Shown here piece by piece: positions 1-9,782 of a stretch of 64,000 nt of DNA. Position numbers and translations under genes: made by a program. Below the pieces are notes generated by a model that worked only from the letters and a program-made list of their open reading frames with translations, was not told the origin of the DNA and ran no database searches. Numbering within the stretch: position 1 is the first letter of the stretch; the number at the start of each line of letters is the position of its first letter. Source of the DNA: an uncultured Clostridia bacterium (GTDB lineage Bacteria > Bacillota > Clostridia > Oscillospirales > CAG-272); assembly GCA_944381115.1 (NCBI GenBank), contig CALWJV010000002.1, forward strand, positions 26,800 to 90,799. The letters are read 5' to 3'.

Positions 1-406
1 ACTCGATATTTGCCTCTGATGCGATTTCGTCGGCAATTCTTGCTACGCCCGCTATTGCATCTGCCTTTGCACTTTCAACCGCACTGTCACTGTCTATAAC
101 AAGTTGAAGTACCTCAAGCGCCTCGTCTCTTGCCTGCTGACGGCTTATCTGAACTGAAGCAAAATAACCTGCAACGTTTTCGTTTTCATTTGTACCGGTC
201 TGCTCTGAACCTTCAGACGGATTTTGGTTATCAACCGGCGGTGCCGTATCATCAAGACCTGATGTTCCGGAATATAATGCCCAGTTAACACAAATTGCAA
301 CGGCAATAACAAAAACCGATAAAACTATTGCCAAATTCCGTTTTCCGAATTTTTTTATACCTCCCGCAATGTTTTCAGTACTGCTTTTAAGTTTTTCTCC
401 TATCAC
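1..406 (-). CDS. SpoIIIAH-like sporulation protein (N-terminal part; CDS runs off the window start)
   Basis: GTG at 406..404 with AGGAGG 6 nt upstream (rc of 413-419); the frame stays open to base 1. It has an N-terminal TM helix, then '..YFASVQISRQQARDEALEVLQLVIDSDSAVESAK..', which resembles the SpoIIIAH family pattern. It is absent from the ORF track because it is truncated. Confidence 0.5.
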   Translation of the reverse strand, partial: MIGEKLKSSTENIAGGIKKFGKRNLAIVLSVFVIAVAICVNWALYSGTSGLDDTAPPVDNQNPSEGSEQTGTNENENVAGYFASVQISRQQARDEALEVLQLVIDSDSAVESAKADAIAGVARIADEIASEANIE

Positions 407-586
407 AGTCTTTCCTCCTTTTTCTGTTTGTTTACTATATTATATTCCGGAAAATTTAAATTAAGAACCATTACGCAAAAAATTTTTTCACATTAATTTT
501 TATTTTGCATATTATATTATTATTTTTTTTGCATATCATTTTAAAAACGGCGAAAATTATTATTTTACATACGAACGGAGAATATT

Positions 587-859
587 ATGATAGAATTTAA
601 GATCGATATGGACGGGATTGACTACAATTCCTTGGTAAATGTTCTTGTGCCAATGGTTATAAAAAATAACATCGCCGCAAAAGCGGCGATGTTTACAATA
701 AATTTAAAACTTAAGACGATGTCTGAAAATCAAAAAAATGCATTTGTCGTTAATTTTATTGAAGAACATAAAAATCAAATGATTGAAAACCTTAATGAAG
801 CCATAAAAAAGAAAGGTGTTAAAGGGTACATCTGTAATTTTGATGCAGATATCATATAA
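587..859 (+). CDS. hypothetical small protein (90 aa)
   Basis: ATG preceded by the GGAG-type RBS 'acggagaatattATG'. I recognise no family. Confidence 0.45.
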   Translation: MIEFKIDMDGIDYNSLVNVLVPMVIKNNIAAKAAMFTINLKLKTMSENQKNAFVVNFIEEHKNQMIENLNEAIKKKGVKGYICNFDADII

Positions 860-976
860 TATCTTTAATTTTTAAACAGGCCGTATATTTATATTAATAC
901 TTTAATAAGAGTTGCTTAAACTGTAATACGTTTGTTTTCCGGTCCCGGACATGTATTATTACTTGCAACTCTTTTT

Positions 977-2851
977 TTATTGCCTTAAAATATATCTTAC
1001 TTTATCCGCTATTTTTTCACCGGTAAGAGAGTATTTTTCATATAAGTCATTAAGTCCTGCATGTTTCGGAAATTCCTCATCAATTGCGCAAATTTCAATA
1101 TAAGGCATCTTTTTCCCCATTTCGGCAAATGCTGTAACAATATTTTCCGAAACTCCGCCTGTTTTTATCTGCTCTTCGGCAAATAATATGAGTTCACTTC
1201 CCTGACAGTATTTCCAAATTTCAGCGTAGTCTATCGGTTTGACTTTTTTAAGCGAAACAATCTTTACTTTATATTCTGATGAAAGAATTTTTCCCGCATC
1301 AAATGCTGACCTTGTAATTCTTCCGTAAGTGATAAGCGTTACCTCTTTCCCTCTTCCGGTAATACTGTAACGAAAATTTTCAGTTTCGGTTAATTCATCT
1401 CTTAAATAATAACATTCTTCTCCTTTGGGATATCTGATCGCAATGGGTCCGTCTGCCTTAATTGCTTCTTCAAGCATAAAATGCATGTCTGTATAATTTT
1501 CCGGTGTATAAACAGTCATACCGGGAATCTGAAGCAGAAATGCGCAGTCAAAAATTCCCTGATGTGTCATTCCGTCACCTGCAACAAAACCTGCCCTGTC
1601 TATGGCAAAAATCACATGCAACTTCTGCATGGCAACATCATGAATAATCTGATCATATGCTCTTTGTAAAAAACTTGAATAAATAGCAACTATCGGTATT
1701 TTTCCTGATGCCGCAAGACCTGCCGCAAATGTAACGGCATGACTCTCGGCAATTCCAACATCAAAAAATCTTTGAGGAAATTTTTCTCTGAAATCGCTGA
1801 GTCCGGTTCCTTCGCACATGGCAGCACATATTGCTACCAAATCAAGATTTTGGTTTGCAAACCACTGTAATGTTTTACCAAAACAATGTGAAAAGCCTTT
1901 TATTTCGTTTCCATCTTTTATTTGTTTTGGAATAATCCCGGTTTCTTTATTGAATTTTCCCACAGAATGGTAAAGATCAGGGCACTCCTCTGCCGGTGCA
2001 TATCCCTTGCCTTTTTTTGTACAAACGTGAATAATAACCGGCTCGTCAAGGTATTTGGCCTCGTTCAAAACTGCTTCAAGTTTTCTTATGTTATGACCAT
2101 CAACAGGACCCATATAATCCATTCCAAGATGCTCAAATAGATTTGTATTAAATACTATCTTTTTTATAAAATTTTTAAACTTCCTTGTAACAAAGGCTAT
2201 CGGTCTTCCGATTCCTCTCATTTTTTTTAGACCGTGCTTAAATCTTCTTTTAAATTTATAATACTTTACACTTGTACGTAAGCGTCCGAAGTATGCTGAC
2301 ATCCCCCCGACATTTTTTGAAATCGACATTTCATTGTCATTAAGTATAATTATTAGTTTTAGACCTGCTTTTGAAGCATTATTTATTGCTTCATATATCA
2401 TTCCATTGGTAAATGAACCGTCTCCTACTACCGCAATAGCATAGTTTTCCCCACCGTTCAATTTATTGGCCTCTGCAAAACCTAGTGCAGCCGCAATAGA
2501 TGTTCCGCTATGTCCGCCTCCGAAAAAATCATATTCACTCTCACTTCTAAGTTGAAACCCTGAGACTCCCCCGGTATTTCTGAGCGCAACAAAACCTTCC
2601 GAACGTCCTGAAAGCATTTTATGGACATAACTCTGATGTCCGACATCAAAAATAAGTTTATCGTGCGGAAGCGAAAAAACTCTGTGAATGGCAATTGTTA
2701 ATTCCACAACTCCCAGATTTGAAGCCAAATGTCCTCCGTTTTGACTTACGGCATCAATTATTCTTTCCCTGAGTTCGGCAGCCAGTTCGTTAAGTTCCGA
2801 ATAACTCATTGACTTTAAGTCAATTGAATTAAGATCCATATTAAATTTCAT
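977..2851 (-). CDS. dxs: 1-deoxy-D-xylulose-5-phosphate synthase
   Basis: 624 aa with 'GHLASNLGVVELTIAIHRVF', 'DVGHQSYVHKMLSGR' and a TPP-binding 'GDGSFTNGM' motif. Length and domain order are typical of Dxs. Confidence 0.95.
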   Translation of the reverse strand: MKFNMDLNSIDLKSMSYSELNELAAELRERIIDAVSQNGGHLASNLGVVELTIAIHRVFSLPHDKLIFDVGHQSYVHKMLSGRSEGFVALRNTGGVSGFQLRSESEYDFFGGGHSGTSIAAALGFAEANKLNGGENYAIAVVGDGSFTNGMIYEAINNASKAGLKLIIILNDNEMSISKNVGGMSAYFGRLRTSVKYYKFKRRFKHGLKKMRGIGRPIAFVTRKFKNFIKKIVFNTNLFEHLGMDYMGPVDGHNIRKLEAVLNEAKYLDEPVIIHVCTKKGKGYAPAEECPDLYHSVGKFNKETGIIPKQIKDGNEIKGFSHCFGKTLQWFANQNLDLVAICAAMCEGTGLSDFREKFPQRFFDVGIAESHAVTFAAGLAASGKIPIVAIYSSFLQRAYDQIIHDVAMQKLHVIFAIDRAGFVAGDGMTHQGIFDCAFLLQIPGMTVYTPENYTDMHFMLEEAIKADGPIAIRYPKGEECYYLRDELTETENFRYSITGRGKEVTLITYGRITRSAFDAGKILSSEYKVKIVSLKKVKPIDYAEIWKYCQGSELILFAEEQIKTGGVSENIVTAFAEMGKKMPYIEICAIDEEFPKHAGLNDLYEKYSLTGEKIADKVRYILRQ

Positions 2852-3040
2852 ATATTAAAAACTCACATTTCTGAAATTAAGTGTATCCGCATATAAGCGG
2901 CCTATTCTTTTGACACCAAAAATAAATTATCGTAAAAAATTTTTCAAATTATTGTAATATAATATCTGCATATATTATGCATATTATATATTTTTTAAAA
3001 ATCTTTTTTAAATTTAATTATGGTATAATAAAATTCATTT

Positions 3041-3066
3041 AAAAAGCCGATTCAAACGAATCGGCT
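3041..3066 (-). terminator. rho-independent terminator downstream of tRNA-Val
   Basis: Hairpin agccgattc/aaac/gaatcggct (3045-3066), followed on the minus strand by a T-run (A-run 3041-3045 on plus). Confidence 0.6.
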
Positions 3067-3070
3067 GATC

Positions 3071-3147
3071 TGGTGGGGACAACTGGAATCGAACCAGTGA
3101 CCTTATGCATGTCAAGCATACACTCTAACCAGCTGAGCTATGCCCCC
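3071..3147 (-). tRNA. tRNA-Val (anticodon GAC)
   Basis: The reverse complement folds as a cloverleaf: acceptor GGGGGCA/TGTCCCC, anticodon stem TATGC/GCATA, loop TTGACAT, T-arm ACTGG-TTCGATT-CCAGT, encoded CCA. Confidence 0.9.
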
Positions 3148-3334
3148 TTTTTTTTAGTTTATCATAATTATTTAAAAAAATCAATATTTAATATGCACAA
3201 ATTTATTTCACGTTTTTATTATTTTTGCCAATTAATCTACAAAATCACCGCTTTTAAAACTTTTGCATAAAATATATCAGAAGAATATAGTTTTAAATCA
3301 GTTGCCAACTAAAGGCGGAATGGAGTGTTTATAT

Positions 3335-4384
3335 ATGGAAATAAAGAAAGACAGCAGTACGTATTTTGCTGCAATGAATACTGGGGACGGTTTTAAAAGT
3401 TTGTTTTCTGAAATATTCGGATCGCTAAAAAGACTATACATAATAAAAGGTGCTCCAGGAACAGGAAAAAGCCGTTTTATGAAAGATGTAAATGAAGAAG
3501 CCGTTTTGCGGGGATTTTATACCGAAAAATTTTTATGTTCTTCCGATTCGTCATCTCTTGACGGTATAATAATCCCTTCAATGTCTCTCGGAATCATCGA
3601 CGGAACTGCACCTCACACATATGAACCGATCCTTTCAGGTGCAAAAGACCATATTGTCGATCTCGGTCAATTTTGGGATACCAAGGTTCTCTACAAAGAT
3701 CTTTCCGAAATTAAAGACATTTCAAACAGAAAATCGAGGCTCTACTCAGGAATATACTCTTATTTGAATGCCATTAAAAGTTATGACAGCATAATTGAAA
3801 GCATTGTAAATGAAACGGTAAATTTTGATAAGATGAGACTTGTTGCAAAAAAATTTGCAGGTACGCTTGGAAAATCCGGAAACTCGCAAAAAAATATACG
3901 TATCAGGACGGCGATAAGCGACAGTGGTATTATTACTCTCAATTCGTATTCAAAAAACGCTGACAGACGATTTGCGGTTCTTGATACATGTGGAGTTGGC
4001 GGATATTTTTTGTCATGCCTATTACAAGAAACAATGAAAATTGGACTTTCTGCTACAGTAAGTTACAGTCCACTGTCTCCTACCCTCCCCGATGCTATTT
4101 TTTACCCCGAAAGCAATACCTCATTTTATATTGGAAGCGAAAGTGATTTTGAAGAGTTGAGCATAAATACACGAAGATTTATAAATGATTCCTCCCTCCA
4201 ACCGTACAAACCGAAAATAAGGGCAATTTCAAGACTTAAAAAAGAAGCATTTAATGAATTATTTATTGATTTTCGATCGGTAAAGAGACTGCACTCCGAA
4301 CTTGAAAAAATTTATGGTAAAGCAATGGATTTTGAAAGAAAAGAAAAGTTTTCAAATAATTTTATAAAGTCAATTTTTGACTAA
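3335..4384 (+). CDS. P-loop NTPase of unknown function (conserved Firmicute-type ATPase)
   Basis: Walker A 'IIKGAPGTGKSRF' near the N-terminus and a 'DGTAPH' motif. The likely start is ATG 3335 (GGAG 8 nt upstream), not the track start at 3263. Confidence 0.6.
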   Translation: MEIKKDSSTYFAAMNTGDGFKSLFSEIFGSLKRLYIIKGAPGTGKSRFMKDVNEEAVLRGFYTEKFLCSSDSSSLDGIIIPSMSLGIIDGTAPHTYEPILSGAKDHIVDLGQFWDTKVLYKDLSEIKDISNRKSRLYSGIYSYLNAIKSYDSIIESIVNETVNFDKMRLVAKKFAGTLGKSGNSQKNIRIRTAISDSGIITLNSYSKNADRRFAVLDTCGVGGYFLSCLLQETMKIGLSATVSYSPLSPTLPDAIFYPESNTSFYIGSESDFEELSINTRRFINDSSLQPYKPKIRAISRLKKEAFNELFIDFRSVKRLHSELEKIYGKAMDFERKEKFSNNFIKSIFD

Positions 4385-4501
4385 TATATCTTTTTTATCC
4401 TTTTTTCACTAATTTAAGACATTTTTTTACAATTATAAAATAATTTATAACAAATTAATTCTATATTAAAAAACATTATATTTATTACACATATTAAAAA
4501 T

Positions 4502-4537
4502 AAATTCCGCAGTTTGGATAAACTGCGGAATTTATTT
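4502..4537. terminator. bidirectional terminator between the convergent ATPase gene and purL
   Basis: 13-bp stem aaattccgcagtt / aactgcggaattt with loop tggata; A/T runs on both sides. Confidence 0.6.
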
Positions 4538-4547
4538 GTTTAAAAAT

Positions 4548-7500
4548 TTATTTAAAGTATTTTACAGCAGATTTAAAGAGTCTCATGTCATACTCGCCAA
4601 AAACATTTTTATAAAGACCGTTTCCAATCCTTTCACTGTGCCCCATCTTACCGATTATTCTGCCATCAGGTGATAGTATACCCTCAATTGCATGCATAGA
4701 ATTATTGGGATTAAAATGTATATCATCCGTTGCGTTTCCATTAAGGTCTACATACTGTGTTGCTATTTGTCCGTTTTCAATAAGCGAGGCAAGTACATTT
4801 TCTTCTCCTATAAAACGTCCTTCACCGTGTGAGATCGGCACGCTGTAAATCTGACCGACCTTGCATCCGTCAAGCCATGGAGACTTATTTGAAGCAACTC
4901 TTATCCTTACAATTCTTGATTGATGACGTCCAATTGTATTAAATGTTAGTGTCGGACAATGTTCGTCGGTATCAATTATCTTACCGTAAGGAACAAGTCC
5001 GAGTTTTATCAGTGCTTGAAATCCGTTACAGATACCGCACATAAGTCCGTCTCTTTTTTCAAGAAGATCCGTCACCTGCTCTTTTATTTCTGTATTTCTT
5101 AAAAATGCGGTAATAAATTTGCCGGACCCATCCGGTTCATCTCCTCCGGAAAATCCACCGGGAATAAATATTATCTGTGATTCAAAAATCTTCTTTGCAA
5201 ACTTCTCTACACTTCGTGAAATTCCATCTGCGCTGAGATTATTTATTACGAATATTTCTGCTTCTGCTCCTGCATCTCTTACTGCCTTTGCAGAGTCAAA
5301 TTCACAGTTTGTCCCCGGAAATACCGGAATAAGCACTTTCGGCTTTGCAAATTTTAAGGCAGGGGCAATACTTATACCTTTGGTATATGAGATGTTTTCT
5401 GCCTTATTACCTTCGGTCTTTATATTACAGGAATATACGCTCTCAAGTTTATCTTCATATATATTTTGAAGCTTATCAAGATCAATAACTTCGTTTTTAT
5501 ATGAAACTGTATATTTTTCCGTCGTATATCCTATTACTTTTTCCGCGTCAACATCATTATCTACCTCTAAAATAAACGATGCGTATTTGTAAGAGAACAT
5601 ATCGGCAAGAGTGATATCATCATTATATTTAAAGCCGATCCTGTTTCCGATAGCCATTTTGAATATAGCTTCGGCAACACCGCCATATCCCGGTGTGTAT
5701 GCGGAAACCGCCTTACCTCTATGTAAAAGTCCGGTTACTTCGCCAAATACCTTGATAAGTGACCCGGCTTTCGGAAGATTATTTTCATCGTATTCCGGTG
5801 ATATCATTATAACTTTTCTTCCCGCTTTCTTGAACTCGGGAGAAACAATATTTTTTACCTTTTCTGTCGTTACTGCAAAGGAAACGAGCGTCGGAGGAAC
5901 ATCAAGGTGCTCAAATGTTCCGCTCATGGAGTCTTTACCGCCGATCGCGGCAACTCCGAGGTCTTTTTGTGCGATAAATGCGCCTAGAAGCGCCGACAGT
6001 GGCTTGCCCCAACGCGCAGGGTCTTTTCCGGGACGTTCGAAATATTCCTGGAATGTAAGGTAAACATCTTTGAACCCGGCACCGGTCGCGATAAGTTTAC
6101 ATACCGATTCAACAACTGCAAGATATGCTCCGTGATATGGGCTTTTTTCAGAAATAAACGGGTTATATCCCCACGCCATAAGTGAACAGTCATCCGTATG
6201 ACCTTTTTCAACGGAGATTTTATGCACCATTGCCTGGATAGGCGTCTGTTGATATTTTCCCCCAAACGGCATAAGTACAGTTCCTGCACCTATTGTTGAA
6301 TCAAATCTTTCGGAAAGCCCGCGCTTTGAGCAGACATTCAGATCTGATACTGTTTTTTCGTATTCTTTTGTAAAAGAAGTACCTGTTTTTTTATCGTATT
6401 TTTTCGGGACTTCAGGTATTATATCAATATGTTTTTCGGCACCGTTTGAATTAAGAAATTCACGGCTTATGTCAACAATTTTATTTCCGTTCCAACTCAT
6501 TGTCAGACGTTTTTCTTTTTTTACTGTTGCAACAACTGTTGCTTCTAAGTTTTCTGCGTTTGCAAGTTTAATAAATGTATCTGCGTCGGCCGGGTCAACA
6601 ACAACTGCCATTCTTTCCTGCGACTCACTTATCGCAAGTTCAGTACCGTCAAGACCGTCATATTTCTTTGGTACTTTATTAAGATCAATTTCCAATCCGT
6701 CCGCAAGTTCTCCGATGGCAACGGAAACACCGCCTGCGCCAAAGTCATTGCATCGTTTTATCATGCGGCTCGCCTCAGCGTTACGGAACAATCTTTGTAA
6801 TTTCCGTTCCTCAGGTGCATTACCTTTTTGTACCTCTGCTCCGCAGGTCTCTATCGATTCAAGTGTGTGGGACTTTGAAGAACCGGTTGCTCCTCCGCAA
6901 CCGTCACGTCCGGTACGACCGCCGAGAAGTATGACTACATCACCCGGCTCCGGACATTCCCTGCGTACATTTTCAGCAGGCGTTGCAGCTATAACTGCTC
7001 CTATCTCCATGCGTTTCGCGGCATATCCGTCATGATAAAGTTCATCAACTATACCGGTTGCAAGTCCTATCTGATTACCATAGGAAGAATAACCCGCAGC
7101 GGCAGTCGCAACTATCTTTCTTTGAGGAAGTTTACCCGGAAGCGTCTCCGATACCGGCTTAAGCGGATCGGCCGCACCGGTAACACGCATTGCACCGTAA
7201 ACATAGGAGCGTCCGGAAAGCGGATCGCGTATCGCGCCGCCGATACATGTCGCCGCACCGCCGAAAGGCTCTATCTCCGTCGGGTGGTTATGTGTTTCGT
7301 TTTTAAAAAGGAGGAGCCACGGCTCGCTTTTACCGTCAACTTCAACATCTATCTTTACTGTACAAGCATTTATCTCTTCAGATTCGTCAAGTTTCTCAAG
7401 TTTTCCGGTCTTTTTCAGATATTTTGCTGCTAGCGTTCCGATGTCCATAAGATTTATCGGCTTTGTCCTGCCCAGTTCTTTACGGGTATTTAAATATTCT

Positions 7501-8237
7501 TCAAATGCAGATTGTAGAAGTTTATCATCAAACTTTACATTGTCTATTGTCGTAAGAAATGTCGTATGACGGCAGTGATCTGACCAATATGTGTCGATCA
7601 TTTTTATTTCGGTTATTGTCGGATCACGATTCTCCTTCTTAAAATATTTTTGGCAAAATATTATATCATCGATATCCATTGCCAGTCCGTACTGCTTGAT
7701 AAAACTTTCAAGTTCTATTTCACTGAGTTCATTAAATCCCTCAATAATTTTTACCGCTGTCGGAATTTCGTAACCTATGTTAAGTGTTTCAGGAAGGTCA
7801 AGTGTCGCTTCTCTTGATTCAACCGGATTGATAACATATTTTTTTATTTCCGAAATATCTTTTTTTGTCAGATTTCCGTAGAGCATATACACCTTTGCTG
7901 TATGGACAATCGGACGTTCTTTTTGAGAAATAAGTTGAATACACTGTGCTGCAGAATCTGCTCTTTGATCAAACTGCCCTGGAAGAAATTCTACTGCAAA
8001 CACTGTCTCGGCGTCATTATCAATACTTTCAGATACAATATCGAGTTGCGGTTCTGATAGAACGGTCTTTTTTATATATTCAAAAAGATCTGCATCTATA
8101 TTTTCAATGTCGTATCTGTTTATTACACGGACGTCCTTAAGTCCTTCAATCCTGAGAAATACCTTTGCATCGGAAAAAAGTGTTTTTGCTTCGTGTGCAA
8201 GTTCCTTTTTCTTTTCTACATATACGCGGTAAACCAT
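4548..8237 (-). CDS. purL: phosphoribosylformylglycinamidine synthase, single-chain large form
   Basis: 1229 aa with AIRS-type domains plus a C-terminal glutaminase containing 'GICNGFQAL'. It is the last gene of the pur operon. Confidence 0.95.
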   Translation of the reverse strand: MVYRVYVEKKKELAHEAKTLFSDAKVFLRIEGLKDVRVINRYDIENIDADLFEYIKKTVLSEPQLDIVSESIDNDAETVFAVEFLPGQFDQRADSAAQCIQLISQKERPIVHTAKVYMLYGNLTKKDISEIKKYVINPVESREATLDLPETLNIGYEIPTAVKIIEGFNELSEIELESFIKQYGLAMDIDDIIFCQKYFKKENRDPTITEIKMIDTYWSDHCRHTTFLTTIDNVKFDDKLLQSAFEEYLNTRKELGRTKPINLMDIGTLAAKYLKKTGKLEKLDESEEINACTVKIDVEVDGKSEPWLLLFKNETHNHPTEIEPFGGAATCIGGAIRDPLSGRSYVYGAMRVTGAADPLKPVSETLPGKLPQRKIVATAAAGYSSYGNQIGLATGIVDELYHDGYAAKRMEIGAVIAATPAENVRRECPEPGDVVILLGGRTGRDGCGGATGSSKSHTLESIETCGAEVQKGNAPEERKLQRLFRNAEASRMIKRCNDFGAGGVSVAIGELADGLEIDLNKVPKKYDGLDGTELAISESQERMAVVVDPADADTFIKLANAENLEATVVATVKKEKRLTMSWNGNKIVDISREFLNSNGAEKHIDIIPEVPKKYDKKTGTSFTKEYEKTVSDLNVCSKRGLSERFDSTIGAGTVLMPFGGKYQQTPIQAMVHKISVEKGHTDDCSLMAWGYNPFISEKSPYHGAYLAVVESVCKLIATGAGFKDVYLTFQEYFERPGKDPARWGKPLSALLGAFIAQKDLGVAAIGGKDSMSGTFEHLDVPPTLVSFAVTTEKVKNIVSPEFKKAGRKVIMISPEYDENNLPKAGSLIKVFGEVTGLLHRGKAVSAYTPGYGGVAEAIFKMAIGNRIGFKYNDDITLADMFSYKYASFILEVDNDVDAEKVIGYTTEKYTVSYKNEVIDLDKLQNIYEDKLESVYSCNIKTEGNKAENISYTKGISIAPALKFAKPKVLIPVFPGTNCEFDSAKAVRDAGAEAEIFVINNLSADGISRSVEKFAKKIFESQIIFIPGGFSGGDEPDGSGKFITAFLRNTEIKEQVTDLLEKRDGLMCGICNGFQALIKLGLVPYGKIIDTDEHCPTLTFNTIGRHQSRIVRIRVASNKSPWLDGCKVGQIYSVPISHGEGRFIGEENVLASLIENGQIATQYVDLNGNATDDIHFNPNNSMHAIEGILSPDGRIIGKMGHSERIGNGLYKNVFGEYDMRLFKSAVKYFK

Positions 8238-8319
8238 TTATAATCTCCATTCTGGCTCATCTTACTGCCATTTTTTATTCATTGGTTTTTAAAAAATATT
8301 TTTCGGTAAAAATATTTTG

Positions 8320-9585
8320 TTACTTCTTCGCCTTTAATGCTCTTTGACCTATATCTTTACGGTAAAACGCATTTTCAAAATTTACTGTCATAACAATTCC
8401 GTAAGCCTTGTCAATCGCCTCTTTAAGTGTATCTGAAACTGCTGTTACACCTAAAACACGACCTCCTGAAGTTACCATTTTCCCATTTTCAAGTTTCGCT
8501 CCGGCAATGTAAATCTCTCCTTCTGGATTTTCCGGAAGTTTTATCTCAAATCCGGTCTGATATTTCTGCGGGTAACCTGACGACGCCATTACAACGCAAC
8601 AGGCACTTTTATCGGAAAATTTTACCTCCTCCGCTTTAAGAGTACCGTTTGTTACGGACTGCATAACAGAAAGAAGATCGGATTCCAGAAGCGGAAGTAC
8701 GACCTGTGTTTCCGGATCACCGAAACGGCAGTTGTATTCAATTACTTTCGGTCCTTTTGGAGTAAGCATAAGTCCGAAATAGAGGCAGCCTTTGAACATT
8801 CTTCCCTCTGCATTCATCGCCTTTATTGTCGGAAGAAATATTGTTTTCATGCAAATATCTGCTATTTCCTTTGTGTAGTAAGGATTGGGTGCTATCGTAC
8901 CCATTCCCCCTGTATTAAGACCGGTATCGTTATCCCCCGCTCTTTTGTGATCCATTGAAGATACCATCGGAACAATCGTATTTCCGTCAGTAAATGAAAG
9001 GACGGAAACCTCGGGACCTGTCAGAAACTCTTCGATAACGATCTTATTTCCGCTTGCGCCGAATATCTTGTTCTCCATTATGGAATGGACGGCATCAAGT
9101 GCCTCTTCTCTGGTCTGCGCAATAATAACGCCTTTTCCCAGCGCAAGACCGTCTGCTTTTATAACGGTCGGAAGCGGTACGGTTTCAAGATATTTTAACG
9201 CCTCTTCCGGAGAGTCAAACACTTCATATTCCGCAGTCGGAATACCGTATTTTTTCATAAGATTTTTTGAAAAAACCTTACTTCCCTCTATAATAGCGGC
9301 ATTCGCGGTGGGTCCGAAGCACGGAATCCCCGCTTTATTCAGTGAATCGACGGCCCCTAGTACGAGCGGATCGTCCGGAGCGACAACGGCATAGGAAATA
9401 CCGTTTGCTTTTGCAAAATCAACTATTTTATCAATTTCCTTTGCGCCTATCGCAATACATGTTGCATCTTTTGCAATTCCACCGTTTCCGGGAAGTGCAA
9501 AAATTTTTGTAACGTCTTTATTGGCTTTTAATTTTTTTATGATGGCATGCTCCCGCCCGCCACCGCCGACGACCATTATTTTCAT
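8320..9585 (-). CDS. purD: phosphoribosylamine--glycine ligase
   Basis: 421 aa, starts 'MKIMVVGGGGREHAI', ATP-grasp architecture, pur operon context. Confidence 0.95.
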   Translation of the reverse strand: MKIMVVGGGGREHAIIKKLKANKDVTKIFALPGNGGIAKDATCIAIGAKEIDKIVDFAKANGISYAVVAPDDPLVLGAVDSLNKAGIPCFGPTANAAIIEGSKVFSKNLMKKYGIPTAEYEVFDSPEEALKYLETVPLPTVIKADGLALGKGVIIAQTREEALDAVHSIMENKIFGASGNKIVIEEFLTGPEVSVLSFTDGNTIVPMVSSMDHKRAGDNDTGLNTGGMGTIAPNPYYTKEIADICMKTIFLPTIKAMNAEGRMFKGCLYFGLMLTPKGPKVIEYNCRFGDPETQVVLPLLESDLLSVMQSVTNGTLKAEEVKFSDKSACCVVMASSGYPQKYQTGFEIKLPENPEGEIYIAGAKLENGKMVTSGGRVLGVTAVSDTLKEAIDKAYGIVMTVNFENAFYRKDIGQRALKAKK

Positions 9586-9709
9586 GTATCATTCTCCGTT
9601 TCTGTACATTCCTGATGAAAGATTGCTTTTTCATTTTCGTAATAATATTTTGATTTGCTTATAAAACACTGTCTTTTATCAAGGGTTTTTATGAATATAC
9701 TGAATATTA

Positions 9710-9764
9710 AAATACTGCTCTTTTGTTTTTTTTCCTTCTTCAAAAGAAAGCAAGAGCAGTATTT
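9710..9764 (-). terminator. long-loop hairpin between the AICARFT gene and purD (possible internal attenuator/terminator)
   Basis: 13-bp arms aaatactgctctt / aagagcagtattt with a ~29-nt loop. On the minus strand only a weak U-rich tail follows (tttaatatt). Confidence 0.35.
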
Positions 9765-9782
9765 AACTGAAATTGCAATTAT

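Noticed and set aside
506-517. The 12-mer TGCATATTATAT recurs at 506-517 and 2978-2989, with related TGCATAT motifs at 530, 2967 and 57188.
   Set aside because: These are short, low-complexity AT-rich strings in intergenic DNA. There is no consistent position relative to promoters or shared gene function. The recurrence is likely compositional.
3073-3270. 65-aa ORF overlapping tRNA-Val, and likewise the 105-aa ORF at 41048..41365 overlapping tRNA-Glu.
   Set aside because: Both start inside or across tRNA sequence ('GIEPVT' is a typical tRNA T-arm translation) and continue into AT-rich spacer. Neither is a credible gene.
3071-4384. Checked the tRNA-Val and tRNA-Glu flanks for integrated mobile elements or att-like direct repeats.
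   Set aside because: No integrase, recombinase or phage genes are present, and no duplicated tRNA 3' segment is visible nearby. The flanking genes are housekeeping or single orphans.
5119-7433. Long antisense ORFs inside purL (116-188 aa). Similar ORFs lie opposite argJ (54762..55508, 55106..55672), nfnB (16745..17284), nnrD (36691..37176), the gpsA-like gene (37729..38316) and the SPFH gene (48693..49205).
   Set aside because: These are shadow ORFs on the strand opposite well-supported conserved genes. Their translations are low-complexity and Ser/Pro/Phe-rich, they have no RBS, and I recognise no family.
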